Shown here: positions 1-9,271 of the stretch, piece by piece
How the letters are laid out: each line of letters opens with the position of its first letter
Numbering within the stretch: the first letter of the stretch is position 1
Origin: a virus
Taxonomy: Duplodnaviria; Caudoviricetes
Strand: one strand, 5' to 3'
Length of the DNA: 41,108 bases
Virus record (IMG/VR): IMGVR_UViG_3300034416_000067
Coordinates: 1 to 41,108 of that record
Program-made: the position numbers and the translations under genes
The notes under the pieces: model-generated
The model's database searches: none
Seen by the model: only the letters and a program-made list of their open reading frames with translations
Told to the model about the DNA's origin: nothing

Positions 1-207
1 TCAATCTTTTTTTATTACATCTACAATATCACCAATATTACAATTTAATACTTTACATATGCGAGCTAAAACTTCCATACTTACCGGCAAATCTTTCCCC
101 ATCTTAGCCATTGTAGATGAAGTCATGCTTGTCATTGCCATCAAATCTTTCTTCAGCAGTTTTTTATCAATCAACATTTTCCAAAGTTTATTATAGCTAA
201 ATGTCAT
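1..207 (-). CDS. Small Cro/C1-type (XRE) HTH transcriptional regulator, 68 aa
   Basis: MTFSYNKLWKMLID...ICKVLNCNIGDIV is an XRE-like pattern; GGAGGA RBS before the ATG at 207; divergent from the early operon. Confidence 0.85.
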   Translation of the reverse strand: MTFSYNKLWKMLIDKKLLKKDLMAMTSMTSSTMAKMGKDLPVSMEVLARICKVLNCNIGDIVDVIKKD

Positions 208-253
208 ACTTTCTCCTCCACAATTAAAAAACATTCCTTCAACATTCTGTTAT

Positions 254-282
254 ATTATACCAATTGCCTTTGTGATTTTCAA
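254..282 (-). promoter_or_regulatory. SigA-type promoter for the HTH gene
   Basis: Minus strand reads TTGAAA-17 nt-TATAAT with a TGn extended -10. Confidence 0.75.
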
Positions 283-306
283 TGCGAATTATATAAAATC
301 ATATTT

Positions 307-328
307 AAACTTTGAATACTCAAAGTTT
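307..328. promoter_or_regulatory. Palindromic operator candidate AAACTTTGA-atac-TCAAAGTTT
   Basis: Perfect 9-bp arms; the core recurs at 5472-5485. Confidence 0.55.
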
Positions 329-407
329 TTTTGTTTGTTTTGAAAATTAAAGTCATAGCAAAGTCCCAACAAAGACACAGCAATGTAAACCAGCTACATA
401 AAACAGT

Positions 408-442
408 AAACTGTTATTGAAGAAAGGCAATAACAGTTTTTT
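408..442 (+). terminator. Intrinsic terminator-like hairpin
   Basis: AAACTGTTATTG / CAATAACAGTTT 12-bp stem followed by a T run. Confidence 0.55.
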
Positions 443-456
443 CTATGTACAAGCAA

Positions 457-645
457 CACACAACAGCCACCTGCAGGGTATTTCGGTGTTGTGTGAATAA
501 CAATTAAATACTTGCAACTGATCACCGGAAGTGAGGTTGCAATTCGAAATGGAGAAATCCTTTTGAATTGCTACCGATTACCTGTGGTCCGTTTGGCATA
601 TCAAAAATAAGCTCTCCATTTAGGTTTCAAGCCGAAGGAGGGCTT
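457..645 (+). ncRNA. Structured 5' leader or ncRNA upstream of the sigma-like gene (candidate DUF2800-type RNA motif)
   Basis: Stems 457-465/487-495 and 535-548/562-575 with GGA-GAAA-TCC cap; 547-555 complementary to 613-621; RBS inside hairpin 629-645. Confidence 0.5.
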
Positions 646-650
646 TTATT

Positions 651-1172
651 ATGCCGAAAAAAAATGACAATCTAAGTCAATCAAAGAACAAAGATTTCTA
701 CAAAGGTACATGGCACCTCACAATCGACAATCAAGTAATTGAAGTAACCGAAGAAGTCTATCGCGCTTACAAGCAACCGTTATGGAATGAACGAAAACGC
801 AAAGAACGTGAAAAACGCTGCATGATCAGCAATGGCAAAGGCCGAACCAAACGCTGCATGAAGGATTGCAGCCAGTGTAATGAACAACGGAATGGCAGTG
901 TTCTATCACTGGACAAGTTCACAGAAGACGGTTTCGATACTGAGGATTCCGTGGACATTGCTGAACTAGTCGCAGATAAACTGCTCCTCGAAGAGCTTTA
1001 CGCCGCACTGGAGGAACTTGATCCTGACAATCGTAGGATCTTGCAGCTCTTCAGTATTGGTAAGTCCGAGCGGGAAATCGCCTCTGATATCGGTTTGTCG
1101 CAAAAGGCAATCAACAAAAGAAAAGTCAAGTTGTTTGCTCAGCTACAGGAACGTCTTAAAAACTTCATTTGA
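651..1172 (+). CDS. Sigma-70 region-4 domain protein (phage sigma-like early regulator)
   Basis: C-terminal HTH (KSEREIASDIGLSQKAINKRK), Cys cluster CMKDCSQC, RBS AAGGAGG. Confidence 0.8.
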   Translation: MPKKNDNLSQSKNKDFYKGTWHLTIDNQVIEVTEEVYRAYKQPLWNERKRKEREKRCMISNGKGRTKRCMKDCSQCNEQRNGSVLSLDKFTEDGFDTEDSVDIAELVADKLLLEELYAALEELDPDNRRILQLFSIGKSEREIASDIGLSQKAINKRKVKLFAQLQERLKNFI

Positions 1173-1177
1173 TCCAA

Positions 1178-1217
1178 TACTCAAAAAGCCCTCTGTTGTC
1201 CATTGGATAGCAGAGGG
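1178..1217 (+). promoter_or_regulatory. Repeated motif copy 1, TACTCAA-N13-GTCC-N10-AGAGGG
   Basis: Same spacing as the copies at 1247 and 5478; also folds into a 14-bp hairpin at 1188-1218. Confidence 0.6.
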
Positions 1218-1246
1218 CAAGTATCAAAAGAAATTTTCAAAACAAG

Positions 1247-1287
1247 TACCCAACCTTCCCACTTTTGTCCTGTGTTGGTTGAGAGGG
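1247..1287 (+). promoter_or_regulatory. Repeated motif copy 2, TACCCAA-N13-GTCC-N11-AGAGGG
   Basis: Followed by hairpin GAGGGA/TCCCTC and the RBS of the next gene. Confidence 0.6.
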
Positions 1288-1317
1288 AGAAATATCCCTC
1301 AGAAAGGAGGTATAAAA

Positions 1318-1491
1318 ATGCAGAGACATGCCAATCAAACTGACAGCAAATCTCGCGACAATAATGTCAATGAAGAACTCGCAGACGTACTAACTGCGAT
1401 AAGTGTTGTGTCCAAACGTCTAGCTAAGAAGCTAACAGCGCTTTCAGAGCAGGACCATCAAGAAACGAAAGGAGGAAAAGACGATGAGTAA
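1318..1491 (+). CDS. Small hypothetical phage protein, 57 aa
   Basis: AGAAAGGAGG RBS then ATG at 1318; stop overlaps the next start. Confidence 0.7.
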   Translation: MQRHANQTDSKSRDNNVNEELADVLTAISVVSKRLAKKLTALSEQDHQETKGGKDDE

Positions 1492-1816
1492 AATGAGTGA
1501 ACTACACCTTTTGGTTAAAGAACTGAAGCGCTGTGGTGAAATCCTTACTGGTATTTCAGAATCTTTGACTGAATTGTTCAGTAGCAACGAATCTATGCAG
1601 GATTCTGAGAAGCTAAAAGAAGAACCAACATTTCAAGAAGTAAAGATAATTACCCTTGAAATGGTCAGGGGAGTTCTTGCCGAGAAGTCACGGGCAGGCA
1701 ATACAGCAGGCGTTAGAGCTTTGCTTGAAAAGCATGGTGCCGAAAAGTTGTCGGAAATTGATCCAGCCGAGTATCCTGCACTATTAATGGAAGCAGAGGT
1801 GCTCGGAAATGGGTAA
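1484..1816 (+). CDS. Conserved phage hypothetical protein of the replication module
   Basis: RBS AGGAGG; C-terminal TLEMVRGVLAEKSRAG...LLEKHGAEKLSEIDP typical of the gene preceding DUF2800. Confidence 0.75.
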   Translation: MSKMSELHLLVKELKRCGEILTGISESLTELFSSNESMQDSEKLKEEPTFQEVKIITLEMVRGVLAEKSRAGNTAGVRALLEKHGAEKLSEIDPAEYPALLMEAEVLGNG

Positions 1817-2930
1817 ACACGCGCTACTATCAGCATCTTCATCTCACAGGTGGATAAACTGTCCTCCTTCAGCGAGGCTCAGTGAGAATTACGAAGACAA
1901 AGGCAGCAACTATGCTGCCGAGGGAACGGATGCTCACGAACTATGCGAATACAAACTGAAGAACTTACTAGGTATTTCTGCAAAAGACCCTACTAAAAAC
2001 CTCAGTTATTACAACGAAGAGATGGAAGAATGCGCAAATGGTTATGCCACCTATATTTTAGAGCTCTTAGAGGATGCAAAGCAAACATGCCCCGATCCTC
2101 AACTGCTCATTGAACAGAGGCTTAACCTTTCAAAATATGTTGAAGGGGGCTTCGGGACGGGAGATTGTGTGCTCGTAGCTGACAATATTTTACAAATATT
2201 GGACTATAAGCACGGGCAGGGTTATCTAGTTGAGGCTAAGGATAATCCGCAAATGATGCTGTATTCGTTAGGCGCCCTAGAAATCTTCGACGGCATCTAT
2301 GACATCGCTTCAGTTTCAATGACCATCTACCAGCCAAGGAAAGGGAACATATCAACTCATACTGTGCCCAAGGAGTCTCTATACCGATGGGCAGAAGGGG
2401 TTTTAAAGCCTGCTGCGATGCTCGCTTACGCAGGAGATGGAGAATTCAAATGCGGCGAATGGTGCCAGTTTTGTAAAGCCAAGCATGAATGCCGCGCAAG
2501 AGCTGAACAAAATATGGAGCTCGCACGTTATGATTTCAAGCTACCACCGCTTCTTTCAGATACAGAAGTTGAAAACATTCTCGGTAATATCGATGAACTC
2601 ATGTCATGGGCTTCGGATCTCAAAGATTTTGCATTACAGATGGCTATCAGAGGAAAACAGTGGAATGGTTATAAACTTGTTGAAGGAAGGTCATATCGAA
2701 GATACACAGACGAGGAATCTGTTGCAGAGGTTGTCAGTTCAGCTGGATATGATCCTTTTGAGAAAAAGGTTATAGGTGTTACAGCAATGACTTCACTACT
2801 AGGTAAAAAACGCTTTGAGGAAATTCTAGGAAGCTACATTGAAAAACCACAAGGCAAACCAACGCTTGTGCCGGAGGGCGACAAACGCCCGCCAATCAAT
2901 ACAGCACAAAATGATTTCAATGAAATTTAA
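1809..2930 (+). CDS. DUF2800 Cas4-like PD-(D/E)XK nuclease
   Basis: HALLSASSSHRW..CPPS, GFGTGD...DYKHG, C-terminal WCQFCKAKHEC. Confidence 0.88.
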   Translation: MGKHALLSASSSHRWINCPPSARLSENYEDKGSNYAAEGTDAHELCEYKLKNLLGISAKDPTKNLSYYNEEMEECANGYATYILELLEDAKQTCPDPQLLIEQRLNLSKYVEGGFGTGDCVLVADNILQILDYKHGQGYLVEAKDNPQMMLYSLGALEIFDGIYDIASVSMTIYQPRKGNISTHTVPKESLYRWAEGVLKPAAMLAYAGDGEFKCGEWCQFCKAKHECRARAEQNMELARYDFKLPPLLSDTEVENILGNIDELMSWASDLKDFALQMAIRGKQWNGYKLVEGRSYRRYTDEESVAEVVSSAGYDPFEKKVIGVTAMTSLLGKKRFEEILGSYIEKPQGKPTLVPEGDKRPPINTAQNDFNEI

Positions 2931-2943
2931 GGAGGAAAATATT

Positions 2944-3522
2944 ATGTCAAACAACACAAATAAAGTAAATAGCAATCCAATGAAGGTTATCACTGGTCCC
3001 AATACTCGCTGGTCTTATGCCAATATTTGGGAGGCAAAATCCATAAACGGCGGAGCTCCGAAATTCTCGATATCGCTCATAATTCCAAAATCGGACACAC
3101 TCACAGTGGCAAAAATCAAGGCAGCGATTGAGGCTGCATATAAGGAGGGTGAAGCTAAGTTGAAGGGCAACGGTAAGACTGTACCACCTCTATCTGTTAT
3201 AAAGACGCCTTTGCGAGATGGAGATTCAGAAAGGCCGGATGATGCTGCATACGAAAATGCTTATTTCATCAACGCTAACTCCGCAACTGCTCCAGGCGTT
3301 GTGGATGCAGACCGTAACATAATCCTGGATCGCTCCGAGGTTTACAGCGGCGTTTACGGAAGAGCTAGCATTAACTTCTATGCCTTCAACAGTAACGGCA
3401 ATAAAGGCATCGCCTGTGGACTCAATAACCTGCAGAAAATCCGTGACGGTGAACCACTCGGTGGCAAATCTAGAGCAGAAGATGATTTTGCCACAGAAGC
3501 AGATGAGGATTTCCTGTCATGA
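2944..3522 (+). CDS. DUF2815 family single-stranded DNA-binding protein
   Basis: PLRDGD, EVYSGVYGRAS, GLNNLQKIRDGEPLGG, acidic tail; RBS AAGGAGG. Confidence 0.88.
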   Translation: MSNNTNKVNSNPMKVITGPNTRWSYANIWEAKSINGGAPKFSISLIIPKSDTLTVAKIKAAIEAAYKEGEAKLKGNGKTVPPLSVIKTPLRDGDSERPDDAAYENAYFINANSATAPGVVDADRNIILDRSEVYSGVYGRASINFYAFNSNGNKGIACGLNNLQKIRDGEPLGGKSRAEDDFATEADEDFLS

Positions 3523-5459
3523 GGACACTCAGTATAGATATCGAAACTTACAGTAGCATAGACCTCGCTAAAAGCGGGGTCTACCGCTATGCTGAAGGCT
3601 CTGATTTTGAAATCTTGCTCTTTGGATATTCTGTTGACGGAAGTGAAGTAAAGATCGTCGACCTTGCTTGTGGCGAGTCAATACCAACTGAAATCCTTGA
3701 AGCGCTTAAGGACAAAAAGGTGATAAAGTGGGCGTTCAATGCTCAATTTGAGCGGATTTGCTTGTCGAAGTGTCTGGAACTACCACTTGGAAAATATCTA
3801 GATCCAGGATCATGGCGTTGCTCGATGGTATGGTCAGCATACATGGGGCTTCCGCTTTCTCTAGAGGGCGTAGGCTTGGTGCTCGGACTTGAAAAACAAA
3901 AATTGAAGGAAGGCAAGGACCTTATCCGGTATTTTTGCCAGCCATGCAATCCTACTGAAGCCAATGGAAAGAGAATACACAATCTCCCGAGACATGCATC
4001 TGACAAATGGGACGCATTCAAGGCATACAATATCAGAGATGTCGAGGCCGAAATGGCAATACAAAAAAAGCTGGCGATGTTTCCTGTTCCCGAATCTGTT
4101 TGGCAAGAATATAGTCTTGATCAGGAGATAAATGACCTTGGCGTGGGGCTGGATATGGATTTTGTACAAAGCGCCATCGATGCAGACATACATTCTAGAA
4201 CTGAACTTATGCGACTAATGCAGGAACTTACTGAGATTGATAATCCTAACTCTGTTACTCAGATGAAACAGTGGCTTTCTGACAACGGTCTTGAAACAGA
4301 CTCCCTAGGAAAGAAGGTGGTTGAGGAACTGCTCAAAACAGCTCCGGAACCGCTTGGACAAGTTTTATCGCTCCGTCAGCAGCTTTCGAAGTCATCAATC
4401 AAAAAGTATCAGACTATGGAGAACGCAGTATGCCATGATGGCCGTGCAAGGGGAATGTTTCAGTTTTTCGGAGCCAATCGCACGGGTAGATGGTCAGGAA
4501 GGCTTATCCAGATGCAAAACCTTCCTCGAAATTATATGACTGATTTGGAACAAGCCCGGAACCTTGTAAAGAGCTATAATTTTGCAGCTTTAGAGATGCT
4601 TTACGACTCAATTCCCGAGACGCTATCTGAACTGATACGTACTGCTTTTGTTCCAAAGCCAGGATGTAAGTTCATTATTGCTGATTTTTCGGCCATCGAG
4701 GCCCGAGTCATTGCATGGCTGGCAGGAGAATCCTGGCGACAGGATGTGTTTGCATCCGGTGGAGACATCTATTGTGCATCTGCATCGCAGATGTTTCGGG
4801 TACCTGTTGAGAAACATGGCGTCAATTCACATCTACGGCAAAAAGGGAAAATCGCGGAACTGGCCCTCGGCTACGGTGGCTCTGTCGGGGCGCTGAAGGC
4901 GATGGGTGCGCTTGAGATGGGGCTTACTGAGGAAGAACTTCAACCGCTGGTATCTGCTTGGCGATCATCTAATCAAAACATCGTAAGGCTCTGGTGGGAT
5001 GTTGACCGTGCTGCATTAAAAGCAGTTAGGGAGCGTACTATAACGGAAGCTCATGGTATTCGATTTACGTATCAAAGCGGCATGCTCTTCATAACGCTTC
5101 CCTCTGGAAGAAAATTAACCTATATCAAGCCGCGTATCGGCGAAAATCAATTCGGCTCAGAATGCGTGACCTATGAGGGAGTTGGTGGGACAAAGAAATG
5201 GGAACGACTCGAAAGCTACGGTCCAAAGTTCGTAGAGAACATAGTGCAAGCTACGAGTAGAGATATTCTCTGTTATGCGATGCAGAATCTTCGAGATTAC
5301 TCCATTGTGGCTCATGTCCATGACGAAATAATCATAGAAGCCGACCAGCAAATGTCCGTTGAAGCTATTTGCAAACAAATGGGTCAGGCACCTCCGTGGG
5401 CTAAGGGGCTTTTGCTGACAGCAGACGGATTCGAAACAAATTTTTATAAAAAGGATTGA
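3519..5459 (+). CDS. Phage family-A DNA polymerase
   Basis: Exonuclease DIETYS, RTGRWSG, motif A DFSAIEARV, motif B RQKGKIAELALGYG, motif C HVHDE. Confidence 0.95.
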   Translation: MRTLSIDIETYSSIDLAKSGVYRYAEGSDFEILLFGYSVDGSEVKIVDLACGESIPTEILEALKDKKVIKWAFNAQFERICLSKCLELPLGKYLDPGSWRCSMVWSAYMGLPLSLEGVGLVLGLEKQKLKEGKDLIRYFCQPCNPTEANGKRIHNLPRHASDKWDAFKAYNIRDVEAEMAIQKKLAMFPVPESVWQEYSLDQEINDLGVGLDMDFVQSAIDADIHSRTELMRLMQELTEIDNPNSVTQMKQWLSDNGLETDSLGKKVVEELLKTAPEPLGQVLSLRQQLSKSSIKKYQTMENAVCHDGRARGMFQFFGANRTGRWSGRLIQMQNLPRNYMTDLEQARNLVKSYNFAALEMLYDSIPETLSELIRTAFVPKPGCKFIIADFSAIEARVIAWLAGESWRQDVFASGGDIYCASASQMFRVPVEKHGVNSHLRQKGKIAELALGYGGSVGALKAMGALEMGLTEEELQPLVSAWRSSNQNIVRLWWDVDRAALKAVRERTITEAHGIRFTYQSGMLFITLPSGRKLTYIKPRIGENQFGSECVTYEGVGGTKKWERLESYGPKFVENIVQATSRDILCYAMQNLRDYSIVAHVHDEIIIEADQQMSVEAICKQMGQAPPWAKGLLLTADGFETNFYKKD

Positions 5460-5477
5460 TGTTGAGTCGTATTTGAG

Positions 5478-5517
5478 TACTCAAAATAAGAGTTTCAGTC
5501 CTTTGGAAGATAGAGGG
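5478..5517 (+). promoter_or_regulatory. Repeated motif copy 3, TACTCAA-N13-GTCC-N10-AGAGGG, overlapped by palindrome TTTGAGTACTCAAA
   Basis: Identical spacing to copy 1; followed by hairpin GAGGGC/GCCTTC and RBS. Confidence 0.6.
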
Positions 5518-5548
5518 CCTTGATGCCTTCAAGATTGGAGGGAAACAT

Positions 5549-6217
5549 ATGAAAGAATTAATACCAAAAGACAAATACGGTATCTTCGCAGATACCAAAG
5601 ACACGGCTCGTGTTGACAGCTTGTTTGTAGCCCAATTTTTTGAAAAGGAACATAAAAATGTCTTAGCTGATATAAGAAAAATATTAGCCCCCAATTCAGG
5701 TCTTAGTGAAGATTTTGGTCAGCTTAATTTTCAGCCGACCACCTACACAGACGTATGGAATAGAAAACAGACTGCCTATGCTATGACACGTGATGGTTTC
5801 ACAATGTTGGTCATGGGGTTTACCGGTCAAAAGGCTATGAGGTTCAAAGAACTCTATATCCGTCGCTTCAATGAAATGGAGCAGTTTATTAAGACGCTGG
5901 TTATTGCCCGTAAAGATTTTCCGCTGCTCACAGAGAACATCAAGCTGCTGCATGACAATCCAAAGCCTTATCACTTCAGTAATGAGTGTGACATGATCAA
6001 CAGGATTGTTACGGGGATGTCGGCGAAGCAATTTAGACAGGTACATGGTCTTGAAAAAGGAACCAGCATCCGGCCTTACCTAACTGATGATCAGATAAAA
6101 CTGATCGAAACTTTGCAGAAGGTCGACATAGGTCTCTTGGTAGCCGTACCTGATTACGAGCAGCGAAAACGTCACCTGGAGTGGTATAAGGCGAAGCTGC
6201 ATGAAAAAACAGCGTAA
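5549..6217 (+). CDS. Rha family phage regulatory protein
   Basis: DSLFVAQFFEKEHKNVLADI...MTRDGFTMLVMGFTGQKAMRFKELYIRRFNEME. Confidence 0.9.
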   Translation: MKELIPKDKYGIFADTKDTARVDSLFVAQFFEKEHKNVLADIRKILAPNSGLSEDFGQLNFQPTTYTDVWNRKQTAYAMTRDGFTMLVMGFTGQKAMRFKELYIRRFNEMEQFIKTLVIARKDFPLLTENIKLLHDNPKPYHFSNECDMINRIVTGMSAKQFRQVHGLEKGTSIRPYLTDDQIKLIETLQKVDIGLLVAVPDYEQRKRHLEWYKAKLHEKTA

Positions 6218-6232
6218 AGGGAGGGCAGATAA

Positions 6233-6661
6233 ATGAGTGCAGACAAATTTAACGCGGAGGGTTATTACGACCCTACCGCGTATGAAGCTTTAAATTCTGT
6301 TGAGAAAGAGGAAAAAATCTTAAAAGCTTACCGGCCCCTGGTATTTATATGTTCGCCATACTCCGGAGATGTCGATAGAAATAGTTTAGCAGCAATGCGA
6401 TACAGTCGATTTGCTGTTAGTAGGGGATATATTCCTATTACAACGCATCTGCTTTTTCCTCAATTTTTAGATGACAATATTCCGAAGGAACGAGAACTAG
6501 GTTTGTTCTTCGGAAATGTACTGATGTCGAAGTGCTCAGAAATTTGGGTGTTTGGCAGCCACATTTCAAGTGGAATGAATGCTGAAATCAAAACCGCTAA
6601 GAGGAGGAATCAGCTTATAAGATATTTCAACATGAATTGTGAGGAGGTACAAAGGCTTTGA
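6233..6661 (+). CDS. DUF4406-like (nucleoside deoxyribosyltransferase-fold) phage protein
   Basis: VFICSPYSGD, HLLFPQFLDD, EIWVFG..ISSGMNAEI. Confidence 0.7.
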   Translation: MSADKFNAEGYYDPTAYEALNSVEKEEKILKAYRPLVFICSPYSGDVDRNSLAAMRYSRFAVSRGYIPITTHLLFPQFLDDNIPKERELGLFFGNVLMSKCSEIWVFGSHISSGMNAEIKTAKRRNQLIRYFNMNCEEVQRL

Positions 6662-9087
6662 AAATTGCAATCGGCAACAGCCGACTTGACAAAAAATGGA
6701 AGAACAATGACATCTCATGGGAGGATTTCTGCGCACGAGTAAGTACAACTATAAGAACCACAGAAACATTAGAGGAATACCGGAAACTTAAAAAAGGCCA
6801 GCAGGACGCTATTAAAGATGTGGGGGGTTACGTGGCAGGACATCTTCGAGAGGGCAGGCGTAAGAAGGGCTTTGTTCTCTGTCGCTCTATGATCCTACTT
6901 GACATGGACTATGCAACACCTGGCATTTGGGACGAGCTGATTATGCTTCATGATTTTCAGTGCTGCGTATATTCGACGCACAAACATACTCAGGAGCATC
7001 CCCGCATTCGATTAGCTATTCCGCTATCACGCGAGGTCAGTGAAGCAGAATACCCGGCAGTGGCACGTATGGTTGCAAAAGACATCGGCATTGATCTTTT
7101 CGATGATACAACCTATGAGCCGCATCGCCTTATGTACTGGCCTTCAACTTCCTGCAACGGCGAGTTTTTCTTCGAGAAACATGAAGGAGAGGCACTTGAT
7201 CCTGATCAGTACCTTTCCCGTTATGACAATTGGCAGGATGAGTCTACTTGGCCACGCTCAAGCCGACAGTCAGAGGTTCTTCATAGTGCTGAGGCTAAAG
7301 CTGCTGACCCTCTCACAAAACCTGGAATAATCGGTGCTTTCAACCGCACCTATAGTGTTGAAGAGGCAATAGAAGTTTTCCTTTCTGACATATATGAGCC
7401 GTCTACTATGAACGGGAGATACGACTATATCCCAGCAGACAGCAGCGCCGGTGTAGTAATTTATGACAACAAGTTCGCCTATAGTCACCATGCGACAGAC
7501 CCTGTATGTGGGAAACTGCTCAGCTCCTTCGACCTCGTCAGGCTTCAAAAATTCCGAAGCCTCGACGACAAATTCCCTGAGGACACACCAGTTATAAAAC
7601 TTCCTTCCTTCAAGGCTATGACCGAACTTGCCGTGAAGGATGAACAAGTTAAGCTACTGATTGCAGATGAACGCCGAGCACAGGCTAATGCTGAGTTTGC
7701 TAAGGAAGATAATGAGTGGGAGAAAAACCTTGAATATATTCCACGTTCAACAGAACTGAAGAATACTTTAGGCAATCTGCTATTGATCATGAAAAATGAT
7801 CCAAAACTGCAAGGGATTCAATATAACCGCCTTGCAAATCAGATTTATGGCATCGCTTGTCTTCCCTGGGAGCGTCCACACCTTTCATGGAGAGATGCTG
7901 ATACAGCTCAGCTAGTCGCCTATGTAGACAAAAACTACGGAACCTTCTCTTCACGAAACTATGAACTGGCACTGACAAAAGTTGCAGACGACCGGGCTTA
8001 TCATCCTATTAAAGAATACCTGGATGCCTTGCCCGAATGGGATGGGGCTAAAAGGGTAGAAAAACTTCTTATCCGGTACTTCGGTGCAGATGATACTGAG
8101 TATACAAAAGCAGTCACTCGTAAAACCCTTGTAGCAGCTGTGGCTCGAATCTACCACCCCGGTATCAAGTATGACTCCATGTTGGTCCTTAACGGACAGA
8201 CGGATTTAGGCAAGTCTACCTTCTTTGCAAGGCTTGCCGGAGAATGGTTTTCGGACAGCCTTAACTTTACCGATATGGGTAAAGGCAAGGATGCTGCAGA
8301 AAAAATACAAGGTGTATGGATAGTAGAAATCCCTGAACTAGCTGGTTTGTCAAAAATGGACGTCAACAACATTAAGGGATTTCTCTCAAGACAAGACGAT
8401 CAATTTAGACCATCTTACGGGCGCTCTGTGGAAAGCCACCCTCGTCAATGCATTCTGGTGGGTTCGACCAATGCGGAAAGTGCTGGATTCCTTCGAGATA
8501 CTACGGGAAACAGGAGGTTTTGGGTGGTACGCGTCCATGGCTGCGACAAAAAAGGCTGGGATTTACCTGAAGCTGATGTGCCGCAAATTTGGGCAGAGGC
8601 CAAGTACTATTGGACTCAGGGAGAACAACTCTATCTGGATGGGGAAGCAGCACAGCAAGCAAAAGCTGAGCAGACAGCTGCTCTGGAAACCGATGAACGA
8701 GAAGGGGTAGTTAAAGATTTTCTTGAGATGCTCCTGCCGGAAAACTGGTATGACATGGACCTCTACAGCAGAAAGAACTACTTTTCTTCCGACGACCCAT
8801 TACGACCAGAAGGAATTAAGCAACGTGAGTTTGTCAGCAACATGGAAATATGGTGTGAGTGCTTCGGTAATGATCGAGGCAAATTCGAGCGCCAAGCTGA
8901 CAGCTACAAGATCAAGCTCATCATGCAAAAAATCGGTTACTGGGTTTACTCAGGTCAGAAGAAGAAAATCAAGGGCTACGGAGCTCAATATGTTTGGGTA
9001 CGTGTCAGTGAAGAGAAAATGCCTGAAGAAGTTATATTAGAAGCGCTTCCTCAGGTAGCCAAGATGCATCATGGAACCCAATCTTAG
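6658..9087 (+). CDS. Primase-helicase with virulence-associated protein E (VapE) domain
   Basis: N-terminal LLDMD/YSTHKH prim-pol-like motifs; Walker A NGQTDLGKST; FLRDTTGNRRFW. Confidence 0.9.
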   Translation: MKIAIGNSRLDKKWKNNDISWEDFCARVSTTIRTTETLEEYRKLKKGQQDAIKDVGGYVAGHLREGRRKKGFVLCRSMILLDMDYATPGIWDELIMLHDFQCCVYSTHKHTQEHPRIRLAIPLSREVSEAEYPAVARMVAKDIGIDLFDDTTYEPHRLMYWPSTSCNGEFFFEKHEGEALDPDQYLSRYDNWQDESTWPRSSRQSEVLHSAEAKAADPLTKPGIIGAFNRTYSVEEAIEVFLSDIYEPSTMNGRYDYIPADSSAGVVIYDNKFAYSHHATDPVCGKLLSSFDLVRLQKFRSLDDKFPEDTPVIKLPSFKAMTELAVKDEQVKLLIADERRAQANAEFAKEDNEWEKNLEYIPRSTELKNTLGNLLLIMKNDPKLQGIQYNRLANQIYGIACLPWERPHLSWRDADTAQLVAYVDKNYGTFSSRNYELALTKVADDRAYHPIKEYLDALPEWDGAKRVEKLLIRYFGADDTEYTKAVTRKTLVAAVARIYHPGIKYDSMLVLNGQTDLGKSTFFARLAGEWFSDSLNFTDMGKGKDAAEKIQGVWIVEIPELAGLSKMDVNNIKGFLSRQDDQFRPSYGRSVESHPRQCILVGSTNAESAGFLRDTTGNRRFWVVRVHGCDKKGWDLPEADVPQIWAEAKYYWTQGEQLYLDGEAAQQAKAEQTAALETDEREGVVKDFLEMLLPENWYDMDLYSRKNYFSSDDPLRPEGIKQREFVSNMEIWCECFGNDRGKFERQADSYKIKLIMQKIGYWVYSGQKKKIKGYGAQYVWVRVSEEKMPEEVILEALPQVAKMHHGTQS

Positions 9088-9247
9088 AACCTCTTGGAAC
9101 CCTGATATATCAACGCTTTTTCCAAGAGTTCCATAATTCCTATACATATATATAAATATGTATATAAGAGGAAAAGCATCCTGTATACCTGCACATATAC
9201 GCGCGTAAGGATTATAGGGACGCTTGGATCCACTTGGAACCTGGAAC
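9072..9247. other. Putative phage replication origin
   Basis: TGGAAC iterons in both orientations, inverted repeat 9091-9099/9120-9128, AT-rich palindrome 9141-9164, directly after the primase-helicase. Confidence 0.6.
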
Positions 9248-9271
9248 TCTTGAAAGGCAGAAAGGATTAGA

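Noticed and set aside
1809-2930. Cas4 as part of a CRISPR or defence system
   Set aside because: Standard DUF2800 nuclease in the replication module; no cas genes or array
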